Source: Nemertoderma westbladi
Lineage: Eukaryota; Animalia; Xenacoelomorpha
Assembly (NCBI GenBank): GCA_032718475.1
Contig: JAUCBJ010006274.1
Span: 1 to 48,607, forward strand
DNA length: 48,607 nt
Direction: 5' to 3'
In this document: positions 32,086 through 44,595 of the stretch, piece by piece
Layout of the letters: every line of letters starts with the position of its first letter
Position numbering within the stretch: position 1 is the stretch's first letter
Notes under the pieces: generated by a model
The model's database searches: none
Told to the model about the DNA's origin: nothing
The model's input: only the letters and a program-made list of their open reading frames with translations
Made by a program: the position numbers and the translations under genes

Positions 32086-33071
32086 TAATAATAAAATCAA
32101 TAAAATAAAATAAAAGGACGCTTTTACATTACAGGTCGGTATACAACAGTGGCTACACCTCAGCAGTAATATATCCCCCCCCCCCCCCCCCCCCCCCCAC
32201 CCGGTACGCCTATGCTGCCAAAGTTTGCTTTAAATTTACCTGGCTTCTCTAACTCCCTTTACAATGATCCACTAGCTACACTTGGTAATTATAAAACAGT
32301 TTCAGCACTTTTTTGGAAGATTCAAAACATTACTATTTTAAGAACATAGTATAGTGTGGGTAGACACAATAATGATAGGGAAATTTCAATGGTAATTATT
32401 TTGATCTGTTGTAAAAACTGTATGTAAGAGGATTCAGTAGTTGCATTAGTTTCAAGTTTTACAATGGGATGTGTGATAGTTAGATACTTACAGATACTTA
32501 TTTTTTGAGAGGCTATTTTCTTTAACTTTCTGAATAGTACACATCCATATAATCTTTAGTTAGGAATTAATCAACTATTTAGGCAAAGGTATTACATTTA
32601 TCTTTCAATTCAAGGGGCTCAATTTTCATTGAATTTTATTGACTTGTCATTGTGAGGCTTATTATTATAAGATGTGACTCGAATCAAATTTTTTAGGGAC
32701 ATTAACACTGTTACTCATATATGCAATATGTGTTGGGTTCATTTTACCAGCTTTGTATTTCGCAACTAAGTTCCTGCTGCCAGTAGATTTAGATATTTAC
32801 TTGAGACAGTGATGTACAGCCTACTTTTAGCACTTCCCACTTTCATTGTTGCAGCTAATAAGATAGGATTATAGCACAATAATCTTATATGCCAAGTTAA
32901 TGGTTGCCTGGAAAGGAAAACTGGAAAGTCTGCATGCATTATAGTTGAGAGATTAAACAACATAAAAACAATAATATAACTAACTATATGGTATGGGTAA
33001 CATTAATGTCTATTGTCCAGCATCTTAATCATGAGTTCGATGATGGATATTAATGAATATCATTTAGTTTA

Positions 33072-33818
33072 CTACAGATTCTTTGGCTGGACAGCTAATA
33101 TGAAGTACACCAGACAATATATGAAGGTACACATAATATAGCTTGTAGGGAAAATAATTCGGGATATTTTGTCAAGCCGGATGGCTTTATAGTTAGTGGA
33201 GTCAACTGAGTGGGTTTTGCGTTTAAAAACAATATCGCAGTGGCAGACTGCTGCAAATTGAACAAGGGTTGCGAAAACCCACAGCAACCCAGCCGCAAAT
33301 GCTAAGTCAATTGCCTTCATGTAGGAGACCTTGGGAAGCTGGTTGTAGGTATTGAGACTGAGGGTGAGAATGGTAAGCACACTAGTAATACTGATAGAGG
33401 CTCGTGCTGGTACAGCCCGGTAGTCAATCCAGAATCCAACCCAAGACATTACAACGATTAGGTTGAGTGGGACGAATGCACTGATAGCGTAGTAGCTGAT
33501 GAGTCGGTTGAGTGGGATGTAGATTCGGAGAGTCGAGAAGATACCGCTAGGTGTTTGGCTTGACTCCCGTATGAATGTTAAGTTTCCGGCTCGGATGGTC
33601 TCATGGCTCGGCATCTCAATGTCGGCAACAACTTCCGCTCCTAGATTTGATTCGCTCATTGCAAAGAAGTCGAAATAAACATGTTCCTCCGAATAGCTGT
33701 AACTCTCGAGGATGATGGGGCAGATCTGGGAGTCTAGAGGGAAGTAGGCCAGATCATATTGGCACCCCGCAACTATGGGAACACGGGTGGTGTAATAAAC
33801 GTCGCCATTTGGGTAGAC
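33072..33818 (-). CDS. Cys-loop ligand-gated anion channel subunit, paralogue B, coding exon 2
   Basis: Acceptor CCAG|GTC; VYPNGDVYYTTR..CQYDLAYFPLDSQIC..ESYSY; PAR motif; M1-M4; 747 nt open. Confidence 0.95.
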   Translation of the reverse strand, partial: VYPNGDVYYTTRVPIVAGCQYDLAYFPLDSQICPIILESYSYSEEHVYFDFFAMSESNLGAEVVADIEMPSHETIRAGNLTFIRESSQTPSGIFSTLRIYIPLNRLISYYAISAFVPLNLIVVMSWVGFWIDYRAVPARASISITSVLTILTLSLNTYNQLPKVSYMKAIDLAFAAGLLWVFATLVQFAAVCHCDIVFKRKTHSVDSTNYKAIRLDKISRIIFPTSYIMCTFIYCLVYFILAVQPKNL

Positions 33819-34172
33819 CTGGCAATATTACCAATATCAGGACCTCAAAATTAATTTTATTTTCAATATTTTTATTCTAATATTTTTTTTCCAATCTTTT
33901 TGTTCAATTTCTCTCATGTTTATTTCAATATATGTTTGAAAGAAACCAAAGATTGTGCAGCATAAAACCACAGTGGCTTGTATTGTTGGCTAGTAATTTG
34001 TTACGGTTGGTTAGGGTTTTAATTGTATCAAGATTCATTAAAAATGTATTTTACTAAGGTCTTCGATATTAAAAGATCTTAGGCCCAACTGAGTTCCCTC
34101 ATATCGCTTCGCGATGGAAATCATGAAAGTAATATTTATATTCGGAGATCCTGATATGTTAAATATTGGCAC
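33819..34172 (-). other. Intron of paralogue B (354 bp), GT-AG, with complementary termini
   Basis: GAG|GTGCCAATATTTAACATATCAGGATCTC ... GAGGTCCTGATATTGGTAATATTGCCAG|GTC; phase 0. Confidence 0.9.
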
Positions 34173-34589
34173 CTCGAGCTGTTCTATCCCATCAGATGAT
34201 TTAGGTGGATGGAATTCGTTTACAACATAGAGATGAGGGATCCATACGGATTGGGTGAGGAGGGGTCGAAGAGCGATAGAGGAATGGTGTTGTGGGAATG
34301 TGGATCCAAATGCTAGTAGAGGGTCATTCCATTGCATGCGAAGATAGATCAGTGACGAGAATGACATTGATGAATCCGTAACGTCCCCAACACTTGCTAG
34401 ACCAATATTAACGCCTACACGTAGCATACGGTTCTGGTGTGGGCGTTCCAATATATTTTCTTTTTCTCTTGCAATTAGTTCACTGATATATCGCATTACA
34501 GAAGCGCTGCTGTTGCTGGGATGACCAGAACTCGCGAAACTGCCCATTACCATTATAACAATGACAATGAGCTTAGTGATTACAGACAT
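34173..34589 (-). CDS. Cys-loop channel paralogue B, coding exon 1
   Basis: ATG at 34589, signal-peptide-like leader, IYLRMQWNDP, WIPHLYVVNE; 417 nt ending at a GT donor. Spliced product 387 aa. Confidence 0.92.
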
Positions 34590-34999
34590 CGCTAATATAA
34601 TAAAGTTGATAATATATATTTGCAAATTATAAAATAAACAAATATTCAAATTCAAATAGCTTATTATAGCAGAATAGTAACATATAACTGTACTGCTGTA
34701 CCATAAATATTAAATTGGGGATTGTAACAATAGAGACTGGACTGAATAGAGGTAGGTGACAGTAGATTGGTTGTTCAGGGCAGATTGTCTGGACAAATTG
34801 AGTGAGCAATTAGTACCAATAGACCTATGTAATTCTTTAATATTATATCGAGTTGTTTAACAATTATATCAGTGGTACAACATTTGGTACAACATTAACT
34901 AAAGTAAGTATTGTAACAATTAGTAACTATTGGTAACTAATAGTAACTATTGGGCTATGTTAAAAATTGTGATGGATCCATTGACCCCTGCCCTGTGCG

Positions 35000-37600
35000 T
35001 GGCAACAAACTTTTAAAGATACTTATAGCGTTCTCGAGGTTGAATCGAAACTAAAACCTGAAACCAAGGCCATGCATTTGAAACTGTCATTGGAAGGACA
35101 GATGGGATGAAATGGTGAGTGACCCATCGGGAATCTGGGAACAGGAATATGGACACTGATGGTTGGGCAAATCGAGTGGCGACTCTGACAATCGTCGACA
35201 CATGAATTGGGTGTTCTAAGTATGGCAAAGAAGGCCAATATGCCTGTCATTGTCAAAGTTATAGAGGAGGAAATTCTGTGCAGCAAATGCGCTGTGGGTT
35301 GCTACTACAGCAGTGTGAAAGACCATTTTGCTAGGGGATGTGTGGCTGATAGGTGGTTGAATTCGGGAAACTAGTTGATGGGGGTGACCTTTGTGCCAGA
35401 ACTGGATGTTCCTCAAACTATAACTCTGGTGAACCAAATATGACTCCAAAATATTTGAATAAACTGCGGTAGGAAGTTAGTTGAGGCACTACTTGTAGAT
35501 TTAGGCTGCACAAAGAGCATTATGAGCTCTAAATTTATTAGCAATAAATCGGGTTCATATGTCCATATTGGGGCTCCTATTGAGATAATAATGTTAGATG
35601 GGACTGGTACATTAGATATGGGGAGGCAATTTGGAACTACTGTAGATCTTGATACAGGGACAAAACTCAATGGGTCTTTTCCATGGTACAGGCAGGATGC
35701 CCGATTCTCCATAGTTGTCGCAATTTCGTTTCTCCCAAGTTCAGTATCCCTTTCAAGTTGATCTATATATGTTATGGCCGGTCGTCCACGACTACGCTGT
35801 CCATGTGTTGGTTGCCGAAAATTATATCTGGTATGACCGACCTCGTCTTTACTTCTCCAGTAGTGCCCACTGAATCTTAGTCTGCGTTCATGGAGGGTGG
35901 TTGATACAGGTGGTATAGTACCATAGAGCTCTGCGTTTGTCATGTGTTGTTTCGAGCTGATGTTTAGGGCTGCCCTTAGTAGTCTTGTGTAGCAACCATC
36001 AATTCGTTATTCAAGTGATTTAGTCAGTGTCCAGGTCTCACCCCCGTATAAAAATACACTTTCCACTGTGGCTCGAAAGAACTTAGTCTTCAGGTACCTG
36101 GATAGATCTGATTTCCAGATGGTATCCATTTTTGATAGAGCTACCCAAGCCTTTGCTTTCCTAACTTCTATGTCCTTTTTGCTACTCTCTATCCATGATC
36201 CAAGGTACTGTCGACCTTCCTTAGTTGATTATTATCAATGGTTGTCAAGTTTCCATCAACATTAAAGGTCATGAATTCGGTCTTTGTAGCATTTATATGC
36301 AATCCAACCTCCTTAGCAGCCCTCTCCACTTTATTCAGTAGAAGCTGTGCATCTGCTAGCATATTAGAGAGCAGGGCGATGTCATCCGCAAAGTCGGTGT
36401 CTGTGACTGTAGTTGCCGGATATCTACTACTTCTGCGTTCATGTAGTGTGAATCCCAGATTGTCAGCCTTTGTGGCTGTCCTCATTGCGTAATGTAGTGC
36501 AATTACAAATAGTAATAGTGCTAATGTGTCACATTGCAGTCCGCCAGCTAGGATTGAAAAAAACTCAGTTTCACCATCTGGTGAGAGTACCTGTGCTTCT
36601 GTGTCACAATATAACAATCCAATGCCAGCAACAATTTTCCATAAGCTCTTAGGATTTCAAGCACTTTACCTCTATGGATGGAGTCGAATGCCTTCTTGAA
36701 GTCCACAAAAGTCATGACTGTGGGGAGATTCTTTCACTTAATTCCTTCAATCAGTCTCCGTAGTGCAAGTATCTGAGCTATTGTTGATCTACTTGGTCGA
36801 AATCCGTTTTGACTCTTACGCAGAAGTTTCTCTATGTGAGGCCTAATCCTATATAGAATTAGGCCTCTTTATTTTGTATATTTTGGCGGCTACCACGAGC
36901 AGACAGATCCTATATACCAAGTATACCTTTAGGAAGAGGGGAGAGGCTTTAGTTGACATTTAGTCCAAATTGGTGGTGGCTTTTCACCTTTCAGCATCCG
37001 GTTGCAAACATATTTTTAGCACTCATGTTTTCCATACCTCTGCATGGATTTCATCTAATCCACTCGCTTTATGATTGTACATGCTTTTAATGGTTCTTCG
37101 GAGTTCGGTGGATGTGAATCCCCTGCTTCTATTAGGTAGTGTCTTGTCATATATTTTCCTTGTAGGGCTGACCTCGATGTTTGGTGGCTGCCCAAGCCGC
37201 TGGTTGTAACCCAGAAAATCTCAAAAATTAAAATAGACAAAAACTGAGTATTCAGCAACTTTTAATTGTTCTTACTAGGAAGCTGAATATAAATTTGATA
37301 AGGGAATTGGCCCCACTAGCCTGATCAAATCAAGTAAAAGAATACAATATACCAGAACACTTAAAAAGTAAATATACCAAGAACATTGAGCAGCAATGGG
37401 TGGAAAAAGGTTGGCTGGTAGAATTTAGTGGGGTTGTAAAAGCACTGCTTCTGCTCATGGGAAGCACGAGCATCATAAAGACACAGTTCACCCCATCATT
37501 GATGTTCAGGAACTCAATGAATACATAATGAGCAGCCAGGCAACATAGCGGCTGCCAGTTATGAAAAACCACATAATGTATCGGGAACAAAACTGCTATA
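35000..37600 (+). mobile_element. Heavily decayed Gypsy gag-protease-RT remnant, interrupted by an antisense RTE copy
   Basis: Decayed knuckles CSKYGKEGQYACHC (35212) and CYYSSVKDHFARGC (35300); protease-like ALLVDLGCTKSI (35486); after the RTE, WVEKGWLVEFSGVVKALL and VHPIIDVQELNEY resemble the start of Gypsy RT. Boundaries approximate. Confidence 0.6.
35693..37197 (-). mobile_element. RTE-group LINE, family 1, decayed, tail missing
   Basis: Reverse complement of ~25462-26995 with many indels; FADD retained. Confidence 0.92.
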
Positions 37601-38399
37601 ATTGACTTGAAATGGGCCTACATCCATCTGATGGCTGATCCATACCACACATTAATATATACTGGAAAAATATATGTAATGACTCGATTGGGGTTTGTCC
37701 TTGACCCCACTACTCCTAAGATATCCAATGACATAGTTGATGATGCCAACCGATAAAACAAATGAATTAACGATGCTACAATAACGTTTAGGGAGGATAT
37801 TTGGGTAGACCTATCAACTGAAGTTACTCTAGATGATGTTTGTGACCACTTTGCTCAAATATTGTCTGATTACTAAAAATCACCGAATCCAACGAATTTC
37901 CAGAAATTCCACCGAATGGAATGGATGGAGCAGTATCCCTGGGATAACTTAGGACATGATAAATTTGTTTTTCTTGTGTCAGCTGAATACCTATTGTTTA
38001 TAATTTCTTGATGAATACTAGTACGTTTACAAGAACTTTTATGATTGGAAAGAAGATCTTGGCAATTAACTAAAACCCAGTTAACTCCAGTTAGTCAGTA
38101 GTTAACTTTCAGTAACTCCAGTTAAAAACTTTGAAGACAGTAGTCTACCTACCAATTAATTGTAGGGAACACATTAGATTTATACCAAGTTGGTCGTATT
38201 CTAGCAGTTGCTGGCAGATTACTCTATCCCACGCAAACAATATTGTTGAGATAATTTATATTTATCTATGGAGAAACCGAACATGGTTGTTATGGTTAAA
38301 TACCGTTCCAGTAGATATAATATTCCTACCAGTATTGGTTCTGATGGATAAGGCTAATAGTAGGGGTGACCATGACAACGTTAAATAAAACAAGGAGCA

Positions 38400-39000
38400 G
38401 AAAATTTAAGATCACACAGGTATTGATTTGAAGCTAGAAATTTATTCAGAATTTCTACTCATTGAGTAGCTGCATACCTGAGAAACCTAGCACCTTGGAG
38501 GGGACACAGTAAAGACAGTTTGGAAGGATGGAGTTTTATTATAATGTGTTGATTCTCGAAAGGTAGTCTTCATAGTGAGTCACAGATTTATATGCATCTG
38601 TGAATAATCTGACAGGGAAATGAGACTGTTAACATGACCAGCGATTGAAATAGAGCCCTTAACTTCCACAACATCATCATCTGAACTTAGTTGCAGAACC
38701 CAGTAAGTCTGTCTGTTCTGTACCAAAGCGTCATACCCCCAGCACTGTGAGTCTTATATGGATTACTCATTAGGTGACTGCTGGTTGAACTTAGTTGCAG
38801 AACCCAGTAAGTCTGTCTGTTCTGTACCAAAGCGTCATACCCCCAGCTGGTATATGTGCACTTTAATTTGCTGTAAAAAGTCTATCAATTGGTTTTCTGC
38901 TTCCATGGAGTCTAACCAGTGTTCTTGAATAGCAACAATGTCAGATAGGAAACCCATGACAGTAATAAGTTGGCACATTCAAGTTCGAGTGCCATTAGTC
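38400..39000 (-). mobile_element. Decayed LINE APE endonuclease fragment
   Basis: SDIVAIQEHWL (~38945-38913) and IAGHVN (GDxN-like); contains a 62-bp direct repeat at 38682-38743 and 38786-38847. Confidence 0.45.
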
Positions 39001-39504
39001 AGGTGTGATGCTATTGGTAATATTAAACATATGGTCATTGACCACTCAGATCCTAAGTGTTTGCCCTAGCTGTGCTATAATGGGTCCAATGATTTCTTGC
39101 TTGTACCCTCCTGTGGAAATCGTAATCTCCATAATATGAACAGAATGCACCACCAGTGTGGTCCCATCTAAAATGGTTATTGTACCTCGAGCTTGTATGG
39201 CTGTAATCCTCATTATGATTACTGTTGTCGTTCTACAATTTCCCTTGACCATAAAGGCCTGTACCTATCAAAGAAAATCATTCTGTTGTTAGATGGATTG
39301 TGGTTCTTGTATAAGGAAATTATTACAGTTCCCAAATTTTGCGCTGTAGTAGTCATTTTGGTTCCTCCTATTCAATCTATATTTGTCAAAACTAGTGTTT
39401 ATTGTGGTGCTGGTTGTTCGATGAATTATTGTGCCGGACTGTAGTTATACATACAGTATGTAGGTATATAGTCCTTCTTAACCACTTTACTGTTGTTTTC
39501 ATTT

Positions 39505-40334
39505 TGATTGTATAAGTGATGGACTGATTGATTGTATAAGTGGTGGACTGATTGATTGTATAAGTGATGGACTGATTGATTGTATAAGTGATGGACTGAT
39601 TGATTGTATAAGTGATGGACTGATTGATTGTATAAGTGATGGACTGATTGATTGTATAAGTGATGGACTGATTGATTGTATAAGTGGTGGACTGATTGAT
39701 TGTATAAGTGATGGACTGATTGATTGTATAAGTGATGGACTGATTGATTGTATAAGTGATGGACTGATTGATTGTATAAGTGATGGACTGATTGATTGTA
39801 TAAGTGATGGACTGATTGATTGTATAAGTGGTGGACTGATTGATTGTATAAGTGGTGGACTGATTGATTGTATAAGTGATGGACTGATTGATTGTATAAG
39901 TGGTGGACTGATTGATTGTATAAGTGATGGACTGATTGATTGTATAAGTGATGGACTGATTGATTGTATAAGTGATGGACTGATTGATTGTATAAGTGAT
40001 GGACTGATTGATTGTATAAGTGGTGGACTGATTGATTGTATAAGTGATGGACTGATTGATTGTATAAGTGATGGACTGATTGATTGTATAAGTGATGGAC
40101 TGATTGATTGTATAAGTGATGGACTGATTGATTGTATAAGTGGTGGACCGATTGATTGTATAAGTGGTGGACCGATTGATTGTATAAGTGATGGACTGAT
40201 TGATTGTATAAGTGATGGACTGATTGATTGTATAAGTGATGGACTGATTGATTGTATAAGTGATGGACTGATTGATTGTATAAGTGATGGACTGATTGAT
40301 TGTATAAGTGATGGACTGATTGATTGTATAAGTG
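39505..40334. repeat. 24-bp minisatellite (GATTGTATAAGTG(A/G)TGGACTGATT)n, ~35 units
   Basis: Direct inspection; near-perfect units with an A/G variant. Confidence 0.99.
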
Positions 40335-40576
40335 GCAAAGAGAACAAGGTAAGAGGTGTTCCTTCTTTCCATCCTCACTTCCACTCCAACGGCTCGCTCA
40401 ACCAAAGTTAGTAGCAGTGGTATGTGAGGGAATCATTAAGATGGCAATCTCTACCGATAGAGAAAATAAACCACCTTGACTAAGCTGTGTTCACAATTGT
40501 AATTTAACTTGCTTTCAACATTAAATATTGTACATTAATGGAGTTTGTAAAGATGAGACTAATAATATAATTCAAG

Positions 40577-40659
40577 TTAGAAATTTACCAGTAATATTGA
40601 TAAGCTTTTCTTACTCAGAGAGTAAGAAAAGCTTATCAATATTACTGGTAAATTTCTAA
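40577..40659. repeat. Perfect 40-bp inverted repeat with a 3-nt spacer
   Basis: TTAGAAATTTACCAGTAATATTGATAAGCTTTTCTTACTC-AGA-GAGTAAGAAAAGCTTATCAATATTACTGGTAAATTTCTAA. Confidence 0.97.
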
Positions 40660-41689
40660 ATTTGAATGAAGAAAGCTATTACTGGACAAGTTCGAACTTT
40701 CAGCAGATTTCAAATTTAAGGAAACCAACCCAGCCGTTTTTATAAACTCAACATATAAAATCGTAAAAAAGAGTGAAAAGTGTTCACAGTTTATTGAGAT
40801 AGGCCCTGCGATTGGTTTGGACGGTTTAGGTCATTCAAAGGTTTGGCTGGCCTAATTTTCCTGTAGAAAAATATTATCTGTTCTGCGCCTCACTCTGAAA
40901 ATGCGTAACAAAATGATGCCGCAAAATAATAAAACACAATAGATATCCATATCATTAATGATTACTTCAAAAATTACAACGGTCATTTTAACAAACCTCC
41001 AATCTTATTGGACGATTTTAATTAATATAGTCGAAAGATCGAAAGTAGAGTAGAATGCATAAAATAAATAAAATAAAAGTAATGGAATAAATGGAACGTC
41101 GTATAATAAAATATAATTGAAAAATCAAATCGAATCTATATCATAATACTCGTAAAATGGGGATACTGGTACAGCGAAGAATGTGTGGGTGATTAAATCA
41201 ACCGCTGTATATGTATATATATAGTAAAGGATTTTTGATGGATGGATGGATGTGTATATCTATCCATTATTCCATATTCCATCCATATTGTGTATAACCA
41301 AATCCAAATTTTATCTTTCTGTCCGATCTGGTATACTGAATATCTTCATATCCATGTAGGCCTACTGTATATGTACTCCATAGTACGGGTGTATCTACAT
41401 ATACAACTACACCCCATAATCCACAACAATTTATTATTAATACTTTACAAAAATCGTCTTTTTATAACATGTTTTATACGTGAACGGCGGAATAAATAAA
41501 CCAGTGCACACCTGCCCCTAGTAATATCTACCGGGATCCGAAACTCATTCGCCATTATTAAATCTAGGCGACTGAATAACTTCCTCCCGATTACGCAAAT
41601 ATTCTGTGAACTCGGTCTCAAACGTCGTGCTGAAACGCAGGTGCGACTAGCAAAGTTAATACAACATAAAAAATTCCGTTTTGTAGATG

Positions 41690-41880
41690 TGTGGCGAGCG
41701 ACGAAAGTAAGCGAGCTTAGCATACAGGTACTCACTCAATCGATGTGTCTGTTGATCTGTTGCTCTGTTGTGTCCAATTTTAAACGTCAATAACTCAGCC
41801 AAATCTTGATAAAATATATCCAAACTTGGTACATATGTAGTCTGGCAAAAGTTTAGAAATTTTCCAAGTTGAATTTGCGT
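41690..41880 (+). mobile_element. DINE-1/Helentron-associated-like fragment
   Basis: GCGAGCGACGAAAGTAAGCGAGC, decayed (CTGT)n and CCAAACTTGGTACA motifs resemble this non-autonomous class; similar motifs at ~22440-22850 and ~25050-25320. Confidence 0.4.
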
Positions 41881-43494
41881 GGGGTCTTTGTGCAGCATCT
41901 GTGTAACTGTCTTGCAGTTATAATACATTTATCTATCCAAAAATTATTAGGCTTGGCATCAGCTGGTTGCTAGGACCCTGCAGGATATATCAAGTGGGTT
42001 TGAAATTCAGCAATACCGCTACAATGCAGCAATAATGTGGCCTTGGGAAGTGTGGTAGGCCTATTTCACCATGGAGTCCAGCAATTGTCTGAGTGATGTC
42101 TGAATTGCGATATCGCGACTATTCAGCCATATCATGTACCGGTACGGTACCTTAATATTATTAAACATATGTTTTACAGTACGGTACCGGTACTGTTACA
42201 GTGGTACAGAATTACCAGTACCGTCTTCAGGTCGTTGGCGCCACCCGCCAATCATGCTCGACAACGGCAACCATGCAAGTTTTGAAATTATGCGGACTTA
42301 AGACAGACTGACATATTGTCAGGTTGTACCAGCTGACCTTTATTCCATGTTCCGGTATCCACTACTGCACTAGGTACCCCAACAGCCCAATACTGCAATA
42401 CCCAGCAACCTTTTGGAATTGTACTGGTACTCAAACAATTCGCCATCAAGGCCACCGCCTCTGTCTGTTGCAGTGTTGTTGGCGACCTCGACTTTTGGTG
42501 TCGCTACTGTGCTATGGGCAAACTGGACTAACCGATGAGCGAGACCCGAGGACTGAAGAATGCATTGAATTCTTTGAGCAGTTTGACTGTGGACTTCTAT
42601 GACATCGATGCCAAGCTGCCAATGAGATAGTTTTTTTTTAAGTAAAAGTTTGGTTAAATTTTCTTAATTATTTATTTAAATTTCTTAAGTACCGATTTTG
42701 GGATAGAATTGCTATATTTTAATCTGTATCTAATAACTGACCCTCATCCTGCGCGATGGCCCCACGAACGTGTGTAGACGTGAGTAACTAACTATCTTGT
42801 GTCTCTGTAGGGAATATATCTTATCATATGTTATGATGAAAGCATTACACTTTACGAGTGTGCAAGATGGTGTGCAAGAGCAACACAATTATAATTTAGA
42901 GTTAGCCTTACTTTTGTAAATCAGTTAGAATTCCAATTAACGTACCAGTTATTAAATCCATGGACACTCCACTCAGATGCACTATATATTATTGTTGGTC
43001 AGTTAGGTGTCAGTTAATTTATACTTTCATCAATTCAATTCGGTAGTGATCAGCTATACGTGGCTATCTATCAGTAAAATAGTGCTATGCCCATAAATGG
43101 TTCTGTGATGCTGGTAATACGAGTCCTGCGAGCCATCAGTGAACTGTTACAATTATACTATGGCCGTTTTTTTATGGGTGTGTTAGTGGTAGGGGTGTCA
43201 GTGTGTGTGTGAAGCGTGCATGTGTCGGAAGCCATAATTGTCAGAAGCCAAGATCAGGATAGGCCGATATAACTAGCCCTAGTATTATTATAATAATTGT
43301 TGGCTAAGATATTGTTCGCTTTTCCTGCACGAATTCCCCACTCATGTCAATACTGTGCAAGGAACTTCTGAATTCCGGGTACAAGCTCGAATTTCCATCT
43401 GTATAGAATTCCCCTAATTACCACTTTATATACAGTAATTATATTTATATTGTTATTTTTTCTATTAATATAATTAATATTAAAATCAGAATCA

Positions 43495-44153
43495 TGTAAG
43501 CGGATTCAATTCCACTTCATTACCCACCAGAAAATGGGACCAGTGGGATTTTACCAATAAGTTGGGGATACGAGATTACCAATATTAATCTCATCTCATA
43601 ACCAACATTGGGGGGGGGGGGGGGGGGGGGGACACAAGCCCCAAGGCCACAGAGAGAGGTGAGATGTCAAACCACCTCGGAGGGAACACAGCTAGTAGAG
43701 GCTAGCAGCGGGGGAACGCTCACGGGGAGTGCCAAAGTGACAATTAGTATATTAGCCAATAGTGGGGAGGGAAGCACGTGATTAGAGATAGGAAAGCATC
43801 CATTGGGTACAGAGGGCCAAAGTACAGTAAGAGGTGAAATTAATATCCATGTGTGTTAACCATATATTATCCTACATTACTGATTACCGGTCAGTTGATT
43901 CAGTTACTCAGTCAGTGCAGACCGGTCATAGTTAATGACCGTCACCGCCATTAACAATTAATCTGTATTTTTCTGCTGTTACATCTGCATCACTACCGAC
44001 GTGCTATTATCATCTGCGATTATCAATATTGAGAAACAACAAAACTCTTATTGTTTTCCCCAACGGCCTTCGGCCAAAGCAACTAGCACGACCGCCCAGC
44101 AGAACGGTGACGCGTACATTTCTAACCCGGTCGGGATCTCCGATCCCGTCACA
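43495..44153 (+). mobile_element. Solo LTR related to the 15090-21418 element
   Basis: Starts TGTAAGCGGATTCAATTCC, ends GATCCCGTCACA; perfect 5-bp TSD AATCA (43490-43494, 44154-44158); shares ATATTAGCCAAT, TTCAGTTA, GACCGTCACCGCC, GACGCGTACA. Confidence 0.9.
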
Positions 44154-44402
44154 AATCATGAGGAAATTTATTTGTGATGTATTGCCTATGAAGGCGCGAA
44201 AAATCGATTACACTCAACCCATGGCAAATTTTGGAAAAAAATTGGTCATAAAAAGAAAAGATTTTGAGCCAAGATTTTGAAAAATAGTTTTTTTTTATAT
44301 ACAAAAAATAAACAGCACTGTGTGAGCGCCTGGTGTTTGCTTAAAATCTGACCAAAAAATATACGCGGTTTCTGTTTAAGGTTATTTAAATATAAATAAT
44401 TA

Positions 44403-44595
44403 AGGGGTGGAACTGGACGCAAAACCCGCCTTGGTGAATTAATATCCGGGTTACAGTGGCAAGTTATTTTAACCAAAACAATAAACTTAACACAATAAAA
44501 CAGGTTACAGTTTTACTTTTGAGAGTAATCAGCTATTATTTGCGTCCAATTTCCCCTGGAGAGGGTTGAATTTTTATTGCGCCCAGTTCCCCCTC
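44403..44595. mobile_element. MITE, same family as 5361-5606
   Basis: GGGGTGGAACTGGACGCAA..TTGCGCCCAGTTCCCC termini; internal similarity to the 5.4-kb copy. Confidence 0.7.

Noticed and set aside
34038-34172. C-terminal extension of the 205-aa ORF (VPIFNISG..)
   Set aside because: Intron read-through beyond the GT donor; not conserved in A and not LGIC-like.
39505-40334. CRISPR-like array
   Set aside because: Units are contiguous with no unique spacers, there are no cas genes, and the context is eukaryotic; the same applies to the 15-bp array.
39392-40405. 337-aa and 282-aa repeat ORFs
   Set aside because: Translations of the 24-bp minisatellite.
40588-40650. GTAATATTG shared between the palindrome and the intron arms
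   Set aside because: Only 9 AT-rich bases containing a self-complementary core; expected by chance.
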